A DNA stretch of 31,313 nt from Pseudomonadota bacterium (GTDB lineage Bacteria > UBA10199 > 2-02-FULL-44-16 > JAAZCA01). Of this stretch, positions 7,204-16,156 are shown in pieces. The notes under the pieces are model-generated. The model did not search any database. It worked only from the letters and a program-made list of their open reading frames with translations, and was not told the DNA's origin. The stretch spans positions 1-31,313 of the forward strand of contig JBDRBN010000132.1 of assembly GCA_043822785.1 (NCBI GenBank). Direction: 5' to 3'. The position numbers and the translations under genes were made by a program. Each line of letters starts with the position of its first letter. The stretch's first letter is position 1.

Positions 7204-9402
7204 TTAGTCCTTTTTATGAGGTGCGTACTTCTTTTGGCCTGCGACTGCGTCAGCAATGTTTTTGGCGCGACCGATAATGGCATCGTAAAATCCGAGTATA
7301 TCCAGATAAAATGTACTTATGCACGATTCAGTTGGTTCTATATCACTCGGAACCGTAATATTCTGAATGCGTCGATCGTGCGCCTTTCTTCGCTTTTTTA
7401 TAACCTTAGCAATTCGCGCGCGCTCAGAAGCGGCCTTTATCCAGAACGTGTTGTCAGCAGCGCCTAATGAAGAGATTATGAACATTAGATATGAGGCGAC
7501 ATTCTCATGGATCCTCTGTAAATCCGCTTTTGCTTTTTCGGGTATTTCGCGTCCTTTTGAATGCGATTTTTCGATTCTCTTCGTGATATCGCGTATACGA
7601 TCACCAATCGTCTCTAGCTGATCGACTATTGTACGCTGTGCGCTGATCTGCGCTGAAGTCTCATCGTCCATCTTCTTTGTTCTCACTTTGGCATGCCATG
7701 CAAAGATGGCTGTTTGCATGATATCGAGTTCATCTTCGAGCTTAGCAATTCTTTGGCCTTTTTCTGAACTGGTTTCACCATTTCCTATTATTTGAGACAA
7801 ATCATCGAGCATGGTTTCTACGTGAATGCCCATTTGGTCTATTACTTTGTATGCAGCTTGAACAGCATGGCGAGGGAATTTTAGGAGCGTTGGGCTTAAG
7901 GCAGCCAAGGCTGGAAGCTTTGGCCCCTTTGTTGCTAGCTTGCTTGCTAGCTTATCTGAAAGAATGCGTGTTACCAAATTTTTATAATGGGGCAAAAACG
8001 ATATGAAGAGGGCCGAAGCCAAAACATTAAAGGCGGTATGTGAAAAGGCAACCTTAGAGGCAATGTCTGCGCTACCCATGGCTTCTGCCAGGTGATCTAT
8101 CGCTTTTATATATTGAGGCGCGAAAGGGAAAACTATAGCTGCGCCGATAAGGTTGTACATCACGTGTGAGAGTGCCACTCTTCTGGCATCAATCGAGGTG
8201 CCGCGCCGCAGTGCAGCGAGCACAGCTGTTATGGTCGTTCCGATGTTCAAGCCGAATATTAAGGCTGCGGCTGTTTCAAATGGAATGACGCCTGCTTTTG
8301 CCAGAGCTATTGTTACGCCTAAAGTTGCTGAAGAAGATTGCACGATCTCTGTCGCTATAGCAGCTGCGATAATACACTTTAATATCCCCAAATGGGATGA
8401 TCCTGACATGGTGGAGAAGAATGAATGAAGCGCTTCTTTTACAAGTGGATCCTCAAATCCTGCTGCCATGGTTGTTAGGCCCAAGAATACAAGCCCTATA
8501 CCCACGATAGCTTTGCCAATATTTTCAACGCGTTCATTTTTATTTAGAAAGAGATAGGGGATGGAGCCTGTGCCTATGATAGGTAGCCCATATTTTGCTA
8601 TCTTTAACGCGAACAACCATCCGGTAATTGTGGTGCCGATGTTTGCGCCGAAGACTACACCCATGGCTTGGGTCAGATTCATAAGGCCAGCATCCACAAG
8701 GCCCACAGTCATAACTGTAGTCACAGAGCTGGATTGAATGACAGCGGTTACTCCGGTTCCGACTGCGAGGGCGGCAAATCGGTTAGTTGTGAGCGCGCCG
8801 AGAACTTTTTTGAGCGTGCTGCCGGAAACTGAATGCAGCCCGTCCGACATGAGTTTCATGCCTAAGAGAAATACTCCGAGTCCGCCAAACGCCTTGAAGA
8901 GCACGGCATCCATGAGCACTTTGGTGAGCTCAGATGAGCTGCCGGCCGCACCACCGCTGCATCCTGCAATTATTACAGATGCAGTGGCTGCAAGCGCAGT
9001 GAGTCCAATTAACTGAGCGCGTTTGTCTATATCATCTGTCCAGGAGCCGAAAAATTCCCTTGCCGAATGAACTGCAGCGCTTGCGGCTGACTGACCATAT
9101 TCGATGTATTCGCTAAGAGCTGAGAAGATAGGGTTTGATTGAAGTTTTTCAGGTGTTTCAAAAGAGCGGGAAGGCAAAGGCACATTGAGCTTTGGAGCTT
9201 CTTCTACATTAGGTTTGTAGATCGTAGGAACGGTAAAAGATAAATTTGGATCTGAAAGAGCAGTAGCCTTGGCATCATAATAATCATGAGCGCCATTTAA
9301 AGCTGCAAAACTATGGGATGAGTTGAGAGCAATGGCAGGAGAACTTCCAACGAGCGACGAATACATTCCTGGTTGAGACAAAGCAGTGAAGCCGTAGCGC
9401 AT
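7204..9402 (-). CDS. Na+/Pi cotransporter family protein (PNaS/NptA-like) with PhoU-like C-terminus and ~160-aa N-terminal extension
   Basis: Two QSSS motifs with GANIGTT/GLNIGTT repeats and GGLGVFLLGMKLM. AGGAG lies upstream of ATG 9402. Confidence 0.9.
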   Translation of the reverse strand: MRYGFTALSQPGMYSSLVGSSPAIALNSSHSFAALNGAHDYYDAKATALSDPNLSFTVPTIYKPNVEEAPKLNVPLPSRSFETPEKLQSNPIFSALSEYIEYGQSAASAAVHSAREFFGSWTDDIDKRAQLIGLTALAATASVIIAGCSGGAAGSSSELTKVLMDAVLFKAFGGLGVFLLGMKLMSDGLHSVSGSTLKKVLGALTTNRFAALAVGTGVTAVIQSSSVTTVMTVGLVDAGLMNLTQAMGVVFGANIGTTITGWLFALKIAKYGLPIIGTGSIPYLFLNKNERVENIGKAIVGIGLVFLGLTTMAAGFEDPLVKEALHSFFSTMSGSSHLGILKCIIAAAIATEIVQSSSATLGVTIALAKAGVIPFETAAALIFGLNIGTTITAVLAALRRGTSIDARRVALSHVMYNLIGAAIVFPFAPQYIKAIDHLAEAMGSADIASKVAFSHTAFNVLASALFISFLPHYKNLVTRILSDKLASKLATKGPKLPALAALSPTLLKFPRHAVQAAYKVIDQMGIHVETMLDDLSQIIGNGETSSEKGQRIAKLEDELDIMQTAIFAWHAKVRTKKMDDETSAQISAQRTIVDQLETIGDRIRDITKRIEKSHSKGREIPEKAKADLQRIHENVASYLMFIISSLGAADNTFWIKAASERARIAKVIKKRRKAHDRRIQNITVPSDIEPTESCISTFYLDILGFYDAIIGRAKNIADAVAGQKKYAPHKKD

Positions 9403-9423
9403 GATGTCGTATTTTCTCCTGTG

Positions 9424-9462
9424 TTGAGCTGCCCGCCACTAAAGCCTCGGCGGGCCGCTCAA
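9424..9462. repeat. Palindrome TTGAGC-tGCCCGCC...GGCGGGCc-GCTCAA
   Basis: GC-rich hairpin between tRNA-Thr and the transporter RBS. Confidence 0.65.
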
Positions 9463-9487
9463 TAAAAATGCTTCAGCATTTCTATTG

Positions 9488-9560
9488 AGCCGAGGAACGG
9501 ATTTGAACCGTCGACCTGCTGATTACGAATCAGCTGCTCTACCAGCTGAGCTACCTCGGC
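9488..9560 (-). tRNA. tRNA-Thr(CGU)
   Basis: Cloverleaf: GCCGAGG/CCTCGGC acceptor stem, CTGAT-tCGTa-ATCAG anticodon arm, GGTTCAAATCC T-arm. Followed by CAA, not CCA. Confidence 0.95.
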
Positions 9561-9564
9561 TTAA

Positions 9565-9683
9565 CTGCAGGGAATAGGGGATAGGGAATAGAGTGTAGGG
9601 AAAAAGCTTGAAGTAAATGCTAGGGATAGTCATTGCAGATGGTTTTTCCCTATTCCCTTATCCCTACCCCCTATTCCCTGTAG
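9565..9683. repeat. Heptamer inverted array (GGGAATA / TATTCCC)
   Basis: Purine arm 9565-9605 and complementary arm 9643-9683 fill the spacer between the two tRNAs. Confidence 0.85.
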
Positions 9684-9686
9684 TTC

Positions 9687-9775
9687 TGGTGCCGGAGGCC
9701 GGATTTGAACCGGCACGAGCTGTAAGGCCCGGCAGATTTTGAGTCTGCTGCGTCTGCCAATTCCGCCACTCCGGC
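9687..9775 (-). tRNA. tRNA-Leu(CAA)
   Basis: GCCGGAG acceptor stem, GCAGA-ctCAAaa-TCTGC anticodon arm, long variable arm, encoded CCA. Confidence 0.95.
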
Positions 9776-9884
9776 ATGCTTTTGAAATTTCAGAAGTTGC
9801 ATTTAGTTCCGTGTGCCCACTCCGTGGGTCCACATCCCTAACAAAACCGTCTGCATCCGCAGCCGCTTTTGTAAGGGCTGTGGA

Positions 9885-10037
9885 AGTCTGCTGCGCCCCG
9901 ACATCCGCACGTTTTTTTGTTCACAAAAAAACGTTTGCGGTGTCGAGGGTCCTCGATACAACATGCAATTTTTGGTGCCACCAGCGTGGCCCCAAGAATT
10001 GCGTTGTATCGGGATCTGCCAATTCCGCCACTCCGGC
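9885..10037 (-). pseudogene. Duplicate of tRNA-Leu 5' half (first 34 nt) split by a 119-bp palindromic insert
   Basis: 10015-10037 matches 9753-9775 exactly and 9885-9895 matches 9742-9752 exactly. The insert 9896-10014 consists of two hairpins. Confidence 0.8.
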
Positions 10038-10045
10038 CTGAACTA

Positions 10046-10119
10046 CAGAAGCTAGAAGCTAGAGACCAGAAGCTAGAAATTAGGTTTTCTGACTTCTAGC
10101 ATCTAACTTCTGACTTCTA
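10046..10119. repeat. Heptamer inverted array (AGAAGCT / ACTTCTG family)
   Basis: cagaagc tagaagc tagagac cagaagc tagaaat ... ttctgac ttctagc atctaac ttctgac; overlaps the rpoZ stop. Confidence 0.85.
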
Positions 10120-10323
10120 TTGATTTTCATCTGACGTTTCAGATGTGGGACGTGCTTTGCCATCTGCTATTTCGCGAAGTGACGTCACAGCCTCTCTATT
10201 CTTACATTTTACTAGGGGTTTTGACCCTCTGAAGAGTTGCTTTGTCCTTTGCGTAGCAAGATGTACCAAAGAGAAACGATTTTCCACGAATTCGAGGCAG
10301 TCCTCAACAGTTACTCGTGCCAT
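10117..10323 (-). CDS. rpoZ: RNA polymerase omega subunit
   Basis: [10 protein letters not shown]...[10 protein letters not shown]...LREIA; AGGAG RBS. Confidence 0.96.
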   Translation of the reverse strand: MARVTVEDCLEFVENRFSLVHLATQRTKQLFRGSKPLVKCKNREAVTSLREIADGKARPTSETSDENQ

Positions 10324-10344
10324 TTGTAACTCCTTTTTTGAAAA

Positions 10345-10429
10345 GCGGCTAACGGCTTACAACTAACGGCTAAGAACAAGAGCCGTAAGCGAACAAAGTG
10401 AGCGAGCTGTTTGCCGTCGGCCGTAAGCC
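10345..10429. repeat. Heptamer inverted array (GCTAACG family) with one nested insert
   Basis: Shares gagccgtaag, gtgagcgagct and gagctgtttgccgt segments with 6630-6800. Confidence 0.8.
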
Positions 10430-10442
10430 AAATTGGAGGGCG

Positions 10443-10471
10443 TTCATAGTTATATTATTCCAGAAAGTCAA
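10443..10471 (-). promoter_or_regulatory. Possible sigma70 promoter for rpoZ-tRNA transcript
   Basis: Minus strand TTGACT-N17-TATGAA. Confidence 0.45.
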
Positions 10472-10483
10472 GGGGTTATGGGT

Positions 10484-10512
10484 TTGACGCCCGTTTGCTT
10501 ACATGGTAGCGT
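10484..10512 (+). promoter_or_regulatory. Sigma70-type promoter for the histidine kinase
   Basis: TTGACG-N17-TAGCGT with TGn extension, 11 bp before the ATG. Confidence 0.6.
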
Positions 10513-10523
10513 AAATTACCTAA

Positions 10524-12464
10524 ATGAATCGTGACGTTCTCATTGATGCAATCCTACCTGAATACTCCACAAGGCACGTATTTGCCATGAAACTGCGCCT
10601 TGTGGCCTTTTTGGGTTTCTGGGCTCTTTATCTCTACTTCATGCGCGGCGCTCTACCGCAGACAAAAGTCGTAGCAATTGTAGTTCTTGTTTCCTTTTTG
10701 GTTACTGGCTTTGCCTATTACAACGTAATGCGCGCAAAGTGGCTTGTTAGCTCATTTGTTGTTGAGCTGTTTTGCGATCTCACTGCGCTCACGGCAGTTT
10801 TATACTTAACTGGCGGACCGCACAGCGCTTATTATACGATTTACATTTTATATGTTCTTCTTGCCGGCATACTCTACAATCACTATCTTGCTGGAATCCT
10901 GGCCTTTGTAACAGCAGCCTATTACGCGGTCTTCCTGCTGTTGTGCCATTATGGCGTAATTCCACCGCTTATACTCTACTATGGTGATCGTGCGCCAATT
11001 CCCACTTACACGCCTTTTGCCCATTTTCTGCTCGCATGCGTTCTTCTTGCTGCGATCGTGTACACGGTTAAAATTGCGACCTACTTTTCCCAGCGCAGGG
11101 AGAAGATACTTGAAAGACGCAACCGCGAGCTCATGGCGCTTCATCGCATGAGTGGCACGGTAAGGAGCGCTTTGGCTCTTCGCGATGTGATAGATCACAT
11201 CCTTGCGGGCGTTTTGGAAGGCTTGGGTCTTGAGGCGGCAGCCCTCATCCACTTTGACCGACAAAATAATATGGCTAGGCTCTATGCGCCTGGCAAGCAT
11301 CCCAAGCATGCGCAGATCGAGGCTGTCTTCGGCCGGCCGCTTGAGGGCATAGAGTTTCCGCTTGATGCTTTATCCAGTCCATTCATGAAGGATGTGATGA
11401 AGCACAAAATCATATTTCGTGGCCGCATCGAGGAGTTGCTTGAGGGCTTCGAAGGTGCTGTTACGCTCGATCAGTGCGATCGAATCCAAGATATCCTTGG
11501 CATAAAACGCATCGTCGTGGTTCCTATCATTGTTGAGAGCGAGACTCTCGGAGCTCTCGTCGGTTTTAGCCGCGAGCCTTTTGTTGAGGAAAAGCACGTT
11601 GCCACGATGGAGGCATTTGCAGATCAGTCTGCGCTATCACTCGAAGCTGCAATGCTCATCGATAGGCTCAGAAAGTTAAACGAAGAGCTTAAAGAGGCAA
11701 ACCAGGTCAAATCCGAATTCCTTGCCACCATGAGCCACGAGCTTCGCACGCCGCTCACAGCCATCATTGGCTTCACTGAGCTAATTGCAGAAGGCGTCAT
11801 GGGTGAGATAGCTTCAGAGCAGAAAGATGCGCTCAAGGAAGTGCTGCACAACGCAGCTGACCTGTTGGAAATGATAAACAGCCTTTTAGACCTCACAAAG
11901 ATCGAATCAGGCTCCATGGGCTTGGAGCTTCGTATGTTCGATATTACAGAGACGATAAAACGCATGCACATAACGCTTACTCCACTCATACAAAAGAAGA
12001 AGCAGATCATGACCGTTGATCTTCCAGATGAATTACCTGTCTTAAGGGGTGATGAAAGAAAGATTCAACAAGTCATATTGAATCTTCTCGCAAACGCCAA
12101 CAAATTCACGCCTGAGGGTGGGCACATAACTCTTGCTGCTAGACACCATCAATCATGGGATAAAGTTAAAAAAGTAGCTAGCTGGTGGCAGAGGTTTGAG
12201 GCTGATCCTAGCCCTGTGAGTAGGGGGTGCCTAGAGATGGTGGTGGAGGATGATGGGATTGGCATTCCGCCGGAGCATTTAGAACGTGTCTTTGATATGT
12301 TTCATCAGGCAGACAGCTCATCTACCCGAAATTTTGGCGGTACTGGCCTAGGTTTGGCTTTGGCGCGCAAGTTTATTGAAATGCACGGCGGGACTATCTG
12401 GGTGGAAAGCGAATTGGGTAAGGGTGCGAGATTTACAGTGATACTACCGCAGAATGCAATATAA
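10524..12464 (+). CDS. Membrane-bound GAF sensor histidine kinase
   Basis: Multi-TM N-terminus, GAF-like region, H box MSHELRTPL, N box NLLANANKF, G1 DDGIGI, G2 GGTGLGL. Confidence 0.93.
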   Translation: MNRDVLIDAILPEYSTRHVFAMKLRLVAFLGFWALYLYFMRGALPQTKVVAIVVLVSFLVTGFAYYNVMRAKWLVSSFVVELFCDLTALTAVLYLTGGPHSAYYTIYILYVLLAGILYNHYLAGILAFVTAAYYAVFLLLCHYGVIPPLILYYGDRAPIPTYTPFAHFLLACVLLAAIVYTVKIATYFSQRREKILERRNRELMALHRMSGTVRSALALRDVIDHILAGVLEGLGLEAAALIHFDRQNNMARLYAPGKHPKHAQIEAVFGRPLEGIEFPLDALSSPFMKDVMKHKIIFRGRIEELLEGFEGAVTLDQCDRIQDILGIKRIVVVPIIVESETLGALVGFSREPFVEEKHVATMEAFADQSALSLEAAMLIDRLRKLNEELKEANQVKSEFLATMSHELRTPLTAIIGFTELIAEGVMGEIASEQKDALKEVLHNAADLLEMINSLLDLTKIESGSMGLELRMFDITETIKRMHITLTPLIQKKKQIMTVDLPDELPVLRGDERKIQQVILNLLANANKFTPEGGHITLAARHHQSWDKVKKVASWWQRFEADPSPVSRGCLEMVVEDDGIGIPPEHLERVFDMFHQADSSSTRNFGGTGLGLALARKFIEMHGGTIWVESELGKGARFTVILPQNAI

Positions 12465-12467
12465 GCA

Positions 12468-12545
12468 GCGAGACAGGCGAGAAATGCGAGACACGCGAGA
12501 AAGGTTGACTGGTCTCGCTTTTCTCGCCGATCTCGCTTGTCTCGC
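12468..12545. repeat. 9-bp inverted array (GCGAGAnnn x4 / nnnTCTCGC x4)
   Basis: Four units on each arm, followed by a T-rich stretch; may double as a terminator. Confidence 0.88.
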
Positions 12546-12585
12546 ATTATTGGTTTTTTTCGTTTTCTCTTGTTTTTCTACAGTG

Positions 12586-12591
12586 TATAAT
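12586..12591 (+). promoter_or_regulatory. Possible -10 element for the gsp operon
   Basis: Perfect TATAAT 23 bp upstream of the gspC ATG; weak -35. Confidence 0.4.
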
Positions 12592-12614
12592 ACCTTTTCA
12601 AAGAGGAAGCTTTA

Positions 12615-13607
12615 ATGAGAGGCGGAATTCGCCAATATTACTGGGTTATTGACCTGGTCGGAATATTTCTTTGTGCTTTTTTTCTGGCCAAGTTGACAAG
12701 CGTGTATTTGGGCAAGGCTATGGAGGTAAAGCGTTCCGTAGCTGTGCTTAAGACATCTGAATTGGCAGCAGAAGAGCTGTCGCGCCCCAGCCTTACAGAA
12801 TATAGCGTTATCTTAGATCGCGACATATTTGATTCAACACCACCTGCCGAAAAAGGGGAAAGTGTAGAAGAAGAGAGTGAAGCTGCAGAAAAGCGCGCAA
12901 AGGCCGGAGAGGCAGTTCTCACAAACCTTAACGTACAGGTTATGGGTGTGCTCGTGGTAGGAGATGGCAAAGATAAGCGCTCCACAGCCACCATCGTTAG
13001 CTCTGGCGCTTCACCGACGGCACCGACAAAGGGAGCAAAGGGAGCAGCAGCTTCTTCAGGAGCTGCGGTCTATGCTGTTGGCGATGAGGAGAGTTTTGCA
13101 CCGAACACAGAGCTTGTGCGCATACAGCCTGATCGAATTGAATTTCTGCATAGCGGTAGACTTGAGTATGCAGAGGTATTGTCAGAAGAGGGATTAAATA
13201 TCTTTGCACCGCCAGCGCGTGAGCCGTTGGCTATGGTTCCCTCCACAGAGGAGCCTGCTGGAAAAGAGACGATGATCAGGCCGGAAGGGGCTGGCAGGTT
13301 TACAGTGGATAAGCGCGAGGTTGAGGATGCAATACAGAATCTAGATCGCCTCTATACTGAAATTCGCGCGGTTCCAAATTTTGCTGGTGGTAAAGTTTCA
13401 GGCATGAAGATTCTTTCAGTCAAAGGCGGTTCGCTTTTTGCAAAACTCGGGCTTCGCAGGGGAGATGTGTTACAAAAGATAAATGGCATGGAGCTCGATG
13501 TGAAGCGAGGCTTTGAGATATTCAACACATTGAAAGAAGAGTCCAGCATAACGCTGGATCTGATAAGGCAGGGCCAGCCCACAACGCTTGAATATGAAAT
13601 ACGGTGA
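12615..13607 (+). CDS. gspC: Type II secretion protein C (PDZ-containing)
   Basis: N-terminal TM, HR domain, C-terminal PDZ (LGLRRGDVLQKING); first gene of the operon. Confidence 0.9.
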   Translation: MRGGIRQYYWVIDLVGIFLCAFFLAKLTSVYLGKAMEVKRSVAVLKTSELAAEELSRPSLTEYSVILDRDIFDSTPPAEKGESVEEESEAAEKRAKAGEAVLTNLNVQVMGVLVVGDGKDKRSTATIVSSGASPTAPTKGAKGAAASSGAAVYAVGDEESFAPNTELVRIQPDRIEFLHSGRLEYAEVLSEEGLNIFAPPAREPLAMVPSTEEPAGKETMIRPEGAGRFTVDKREVEDAIQNLDRLYTEIRAVPNFAGGKVSGMKILSVKGGSLFAKLGLRRGDVLQKINGMELDVKRGFEIFNTLKEESSITLDLIRQGQPTTLEYEIR

Positions 13608-13687
13608 CCAGTAACCAGTAACCAGTAACTAGTGACCAGTGTTTGCTGGTTACTAATTACTGGTCACTGGTCACTGGTTACTGGTTA
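13604..13687. repeat. Heptamer inverted array (AGTAACC / GGTTACT)
   Basis: gtgacca gtaacca gtaacca gtaacta gtgacca ... ctggtca ctggtca ctggtta ctggtta; starts at the gspC TGA and ends at the gspD RBS. Confidence 0.9.
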
Positions 13688-13696
13688 GGAGGCTTG

Positions 13697-16060
13697 ATGA
13701 CTAAAAAACATCTTCTGATCAGCCTTATCTTATGTATTTCATTCATCAGCTCTCTTATGCCTCTTGATCTCTGGGCCCAGAAGGCGGACGAAAGAGCTGT
13801 CAGGGGTAGTGTGCGTCTTCCTGAGACACAGACGCCTGCTGAGATAGACGAAGAAATAATGCCTAAGGCTGCAGCTGAGGTAGCAAAACCTGCGCCGGAA
13901 GAAGCAGCAAAAGGTCCATCAGCTGACGAGATGGTGTATCTCAATGTCCAGGACGAAGATATCAAAGACATAATACGCCAGATAAGCAAAGCCACTGGGA
14001 AAAACTTCATCATCGACGATAAGGTTCGCGGCAAAGTTACTATAATGTCAGAGAAGATGATGACCAAGGAAGAGGCTTATCAGGCATTCCTCTCAGCTTT
14101 GGAAGTAGCGGGTTTCACTACGGTGCAGGGACCTGGAGGAATTATAAAGATCATAAGTCTCAAGGATGCAGCCAGCTCTCCCGTTCCCACACATGTAGAT
14201 TCCACGCCTTATACAGATAGTTTTGTTACGCGTCTCATATCGCTCAACAATATAAGCGCCCTTGAAATGTCTAATGCTATAAAGGGGTTGATTTCAAAAT
14301 CAGGCAACATGTTTGCCTATCCAGCGACAAACACGCTCATCATCACAGATTCTGGCACAAACATCGACAGACTCATGAAGATCATCAAAGAGCTGGATCA
14401 GGAAGGACCACAGCAGGTGCTGGAGATCATTCCCATAAACTATGCAGATGCTACGGAAGTGGCGCAGACAGTTTTGAATTTATTCGAAATAGAGCAAGCG
14501 CAGGCTGCGACAAGAAGAGCGACGCCGAGAAGAGCGGCGGGAGCTGAACTTGAGGATATAAAAGATGTGTCAAAGATCATAGCTGACGAACGTACCAATT
14601 CGCTCATAGTTCTTGCCAGCAAACGCGCTATCGACAAAGTGCGTGACATCATCGCCAAGCTCGATAAACCACTCGAAGCAGCCGATACTGGCACTATACA
14701 CGTTCATTATCTCAAGTATGCGAATGCAACTGATCTAGCTTCAACCCTCTCAGCCATAACATCGGCTGCCAAGACGCAGGCAACACAAGCCACGGGTGCG
14801 GCAAAGGGCGCAGCACAAGCAGTGGTGGCGCAACTTGAAGGAGGCATCAACATAGGCGCTGATGATTCCACAAATGCGCTCATAATAACTGCTTCGGCCA
14901 AGGATTATAGGACTTTAGTTGATGAACTTATTTCAAAGCTCGATATTCCGCGTCGTCAGGTCTATCTAGAAGCTATCGTCATGGAGCTTGAGGTGTTTAA
15001 TCGCAATCAGGCAGGTGCCTCGGGTTACGCTGGTGCTGGATCTGGTTCTATTCTCGGGTTTGGCAGCACGAACTTCAGCGATTTTAGTTCTGTGAGCGGA
15101 CTTTTTGATCCAACCAGTTTCTTTTCCACGCCTGGCCTTTTGGGCGGACTTCTGTCGCGCAGCAATATCACCATCGATGTGCCCAGCACTGGTGGAGGAA
15201 CTACTACGCTTACAATTCCATCTTTTGCTGCGTTTCTCAATTTTCTTTCAACGTACCGCGACGCAAACATCGTCTCTACGCCAAACCTCATGACGCTGGA
15301 CAACCAAAAGGCCTCCATAGAGGTCACGCGCATCCAGTATGCTAACAAGACCACGCAGTCAGGAACTACTGGTTTTCAGACGGTAGAGCCTTATCCTCTT
15401 GAAGCAGGCCTTACGCTCGAGATCACGCCGCAGATCAGCGAAGGCGATTCAGTGCGCCTTGAGATCCACCACAAGCTCTCGAACTTCACAGGCGATCCAG
15501 GACCTACAGGTGCTGCGCCACAGACAAAGCGCGAAATTACGACTACAGTTATGGCCATGGATGGGCAAACAGTGGTTTTAGGCGGTCTGATGGAAGACGT
15601 GGTGACGCATGACAAGAGTAAGATTCCGATTTTGGGCGATATACCTATTTTGGGATGGCTGTTCAGAAGTACCCGAAGCTCTAATTCCAAGAGCAATCTC
15701 CTGGTTTTTATAACGCCCCATGTGCTGCGCGATCCAACTGATTTTGCAGAGATAAGCAAGATAAAGATCGAACAGAGAAATGCATTCATAGATAAGAACT
15801 ATGGCAAGCGGCAGCAGAGAGCCATTTATGATACGATTGCTATGCATCGTGCAGATCTGCTCGCATTTACTCCGCAGGGAACTTACAGGCCTCCTGGTAC
15901 GACTGAAGGAGCTCCGTCTTCTGAAGGACCTGTTATCACAGTTCCGGCTGTGGGCACAGAACCTGCATTCGGAGGTACTGTCGAGAGCTCCAAGACAAAA
16001 CCTGTTACAAACCAGGGTGAGGCGGTCTCGAGTGGAGGAAATTTAGATCATTCGTATTGA
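13697..16060 (+). CDS. gspD: Type II secretion secretin
   Basis: Signal peptide, N0-N3 domains, secretin motif VVLGGL...KIPILGDIPILGWLF...LLVFITP; GGAGG RBS before ATG 13697. Confidence 0.95.
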   Translation: MTKKHLLISLILCISFISSLMPLDLWAQKADERAVRGSVRLPETQTPAEIDEEIMPKAAAEVAKPAPEEAAKGPSADEMVYLNVQDEDIKDIIRQISKATGKNFIIDDKVRGKVTIMSEKMMTKEEAYQAFLSALEVAGFTTVQGPGGIIKIISLKDAASSPVPTHVDSTPYTDSFVTRLISLNNISALEMSNAIKGLISKSGNMFAYPATNTLIITDSGTNIDRLMKIIKELDQEGPQQVLEIIPINYADATEVAQTVLNLFEIEQAQAATRRATPRRAAGAELEDIKDVSKIIADERTNSLIVLASKRAIDKVRDIIAKLDKPLEAADTGTIHVHYLKYANATDLASTLSAITSAAKTQATQATGAAKGAAQAVVAQLEGGINIGADDSTNALIITASAKDYRTLVDELISKLDIPRRQVYLEAIVMELEVFNRNQAGASGYAGAGSGSILGFGSTNFSDFSSVSGLFDPTSFFSTPGLLGGLLSRSNITIDVPSTGGGTTTLTIPSFAAFLNFLSTYRDANIVSTPNLMTLDNQKASIEVTRIQYANKTTQSGTTGFQTVEPYPLEAGLTLEITPQISEGDSVRLEIHHKLSNFTGDPGPTGAAPQTKREITTTVMAMDGQTVVLGGLMEDVVTHDKSKIPILGDIPILGWLFRSTRSSNSKSNLLVFITPHVLRDPTDFAEISKIKIEQRNAFIDKNYGKRQQRAIYDTIAMHRADLLAFTPQGTYRPPGTTEGAPSSEGPVITVPAVGTEPAFGGTVESSKTKPVTNQGEAVSSGGNLDHSY

Positions 16061-16146
16061 CAGAGGCCAGAAGCTAGAAATCAGAAGTTAGAAAATCTGT
16101 ATTCTAACTTCTATCTTCTAACCTCTAACTTCTAACTTCTAACTTC
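16061..16146. repeat. Heptamer inverted array (AGAAGTT / TTCTAAC)
   Basis: Fills the gspD-gspE spacer; right arm is ttctaac-type units repeated six times. Confidence 0.88.
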
Positions 16147-16156
16147 AAGGTTAACC

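Noticed and set aside
7204..9487. Genomic island integrated at tRNA-Thr
   Set aside because: No integrase and no duplicated tRNA-Thr 3' end seen in the window.
9776..10037. Group I intron or intact intron-containing tRNA
   Set aside because: No separate 3' exon follows (the next tRNA sequence is a complete gene), and I could not identify P7 core motifs.
9630..10099. ORFs of 60-100 aa over the tRNA region
   Set aside because: They overlap tRNA-Leu and palindromes and show no protein-like motifs.
13643..13696. N-terminal extension of GspD in the ORF track
   Set aside because: It is a translation of the heptamer arm; the GGAGG RBS points to ATG 13697.
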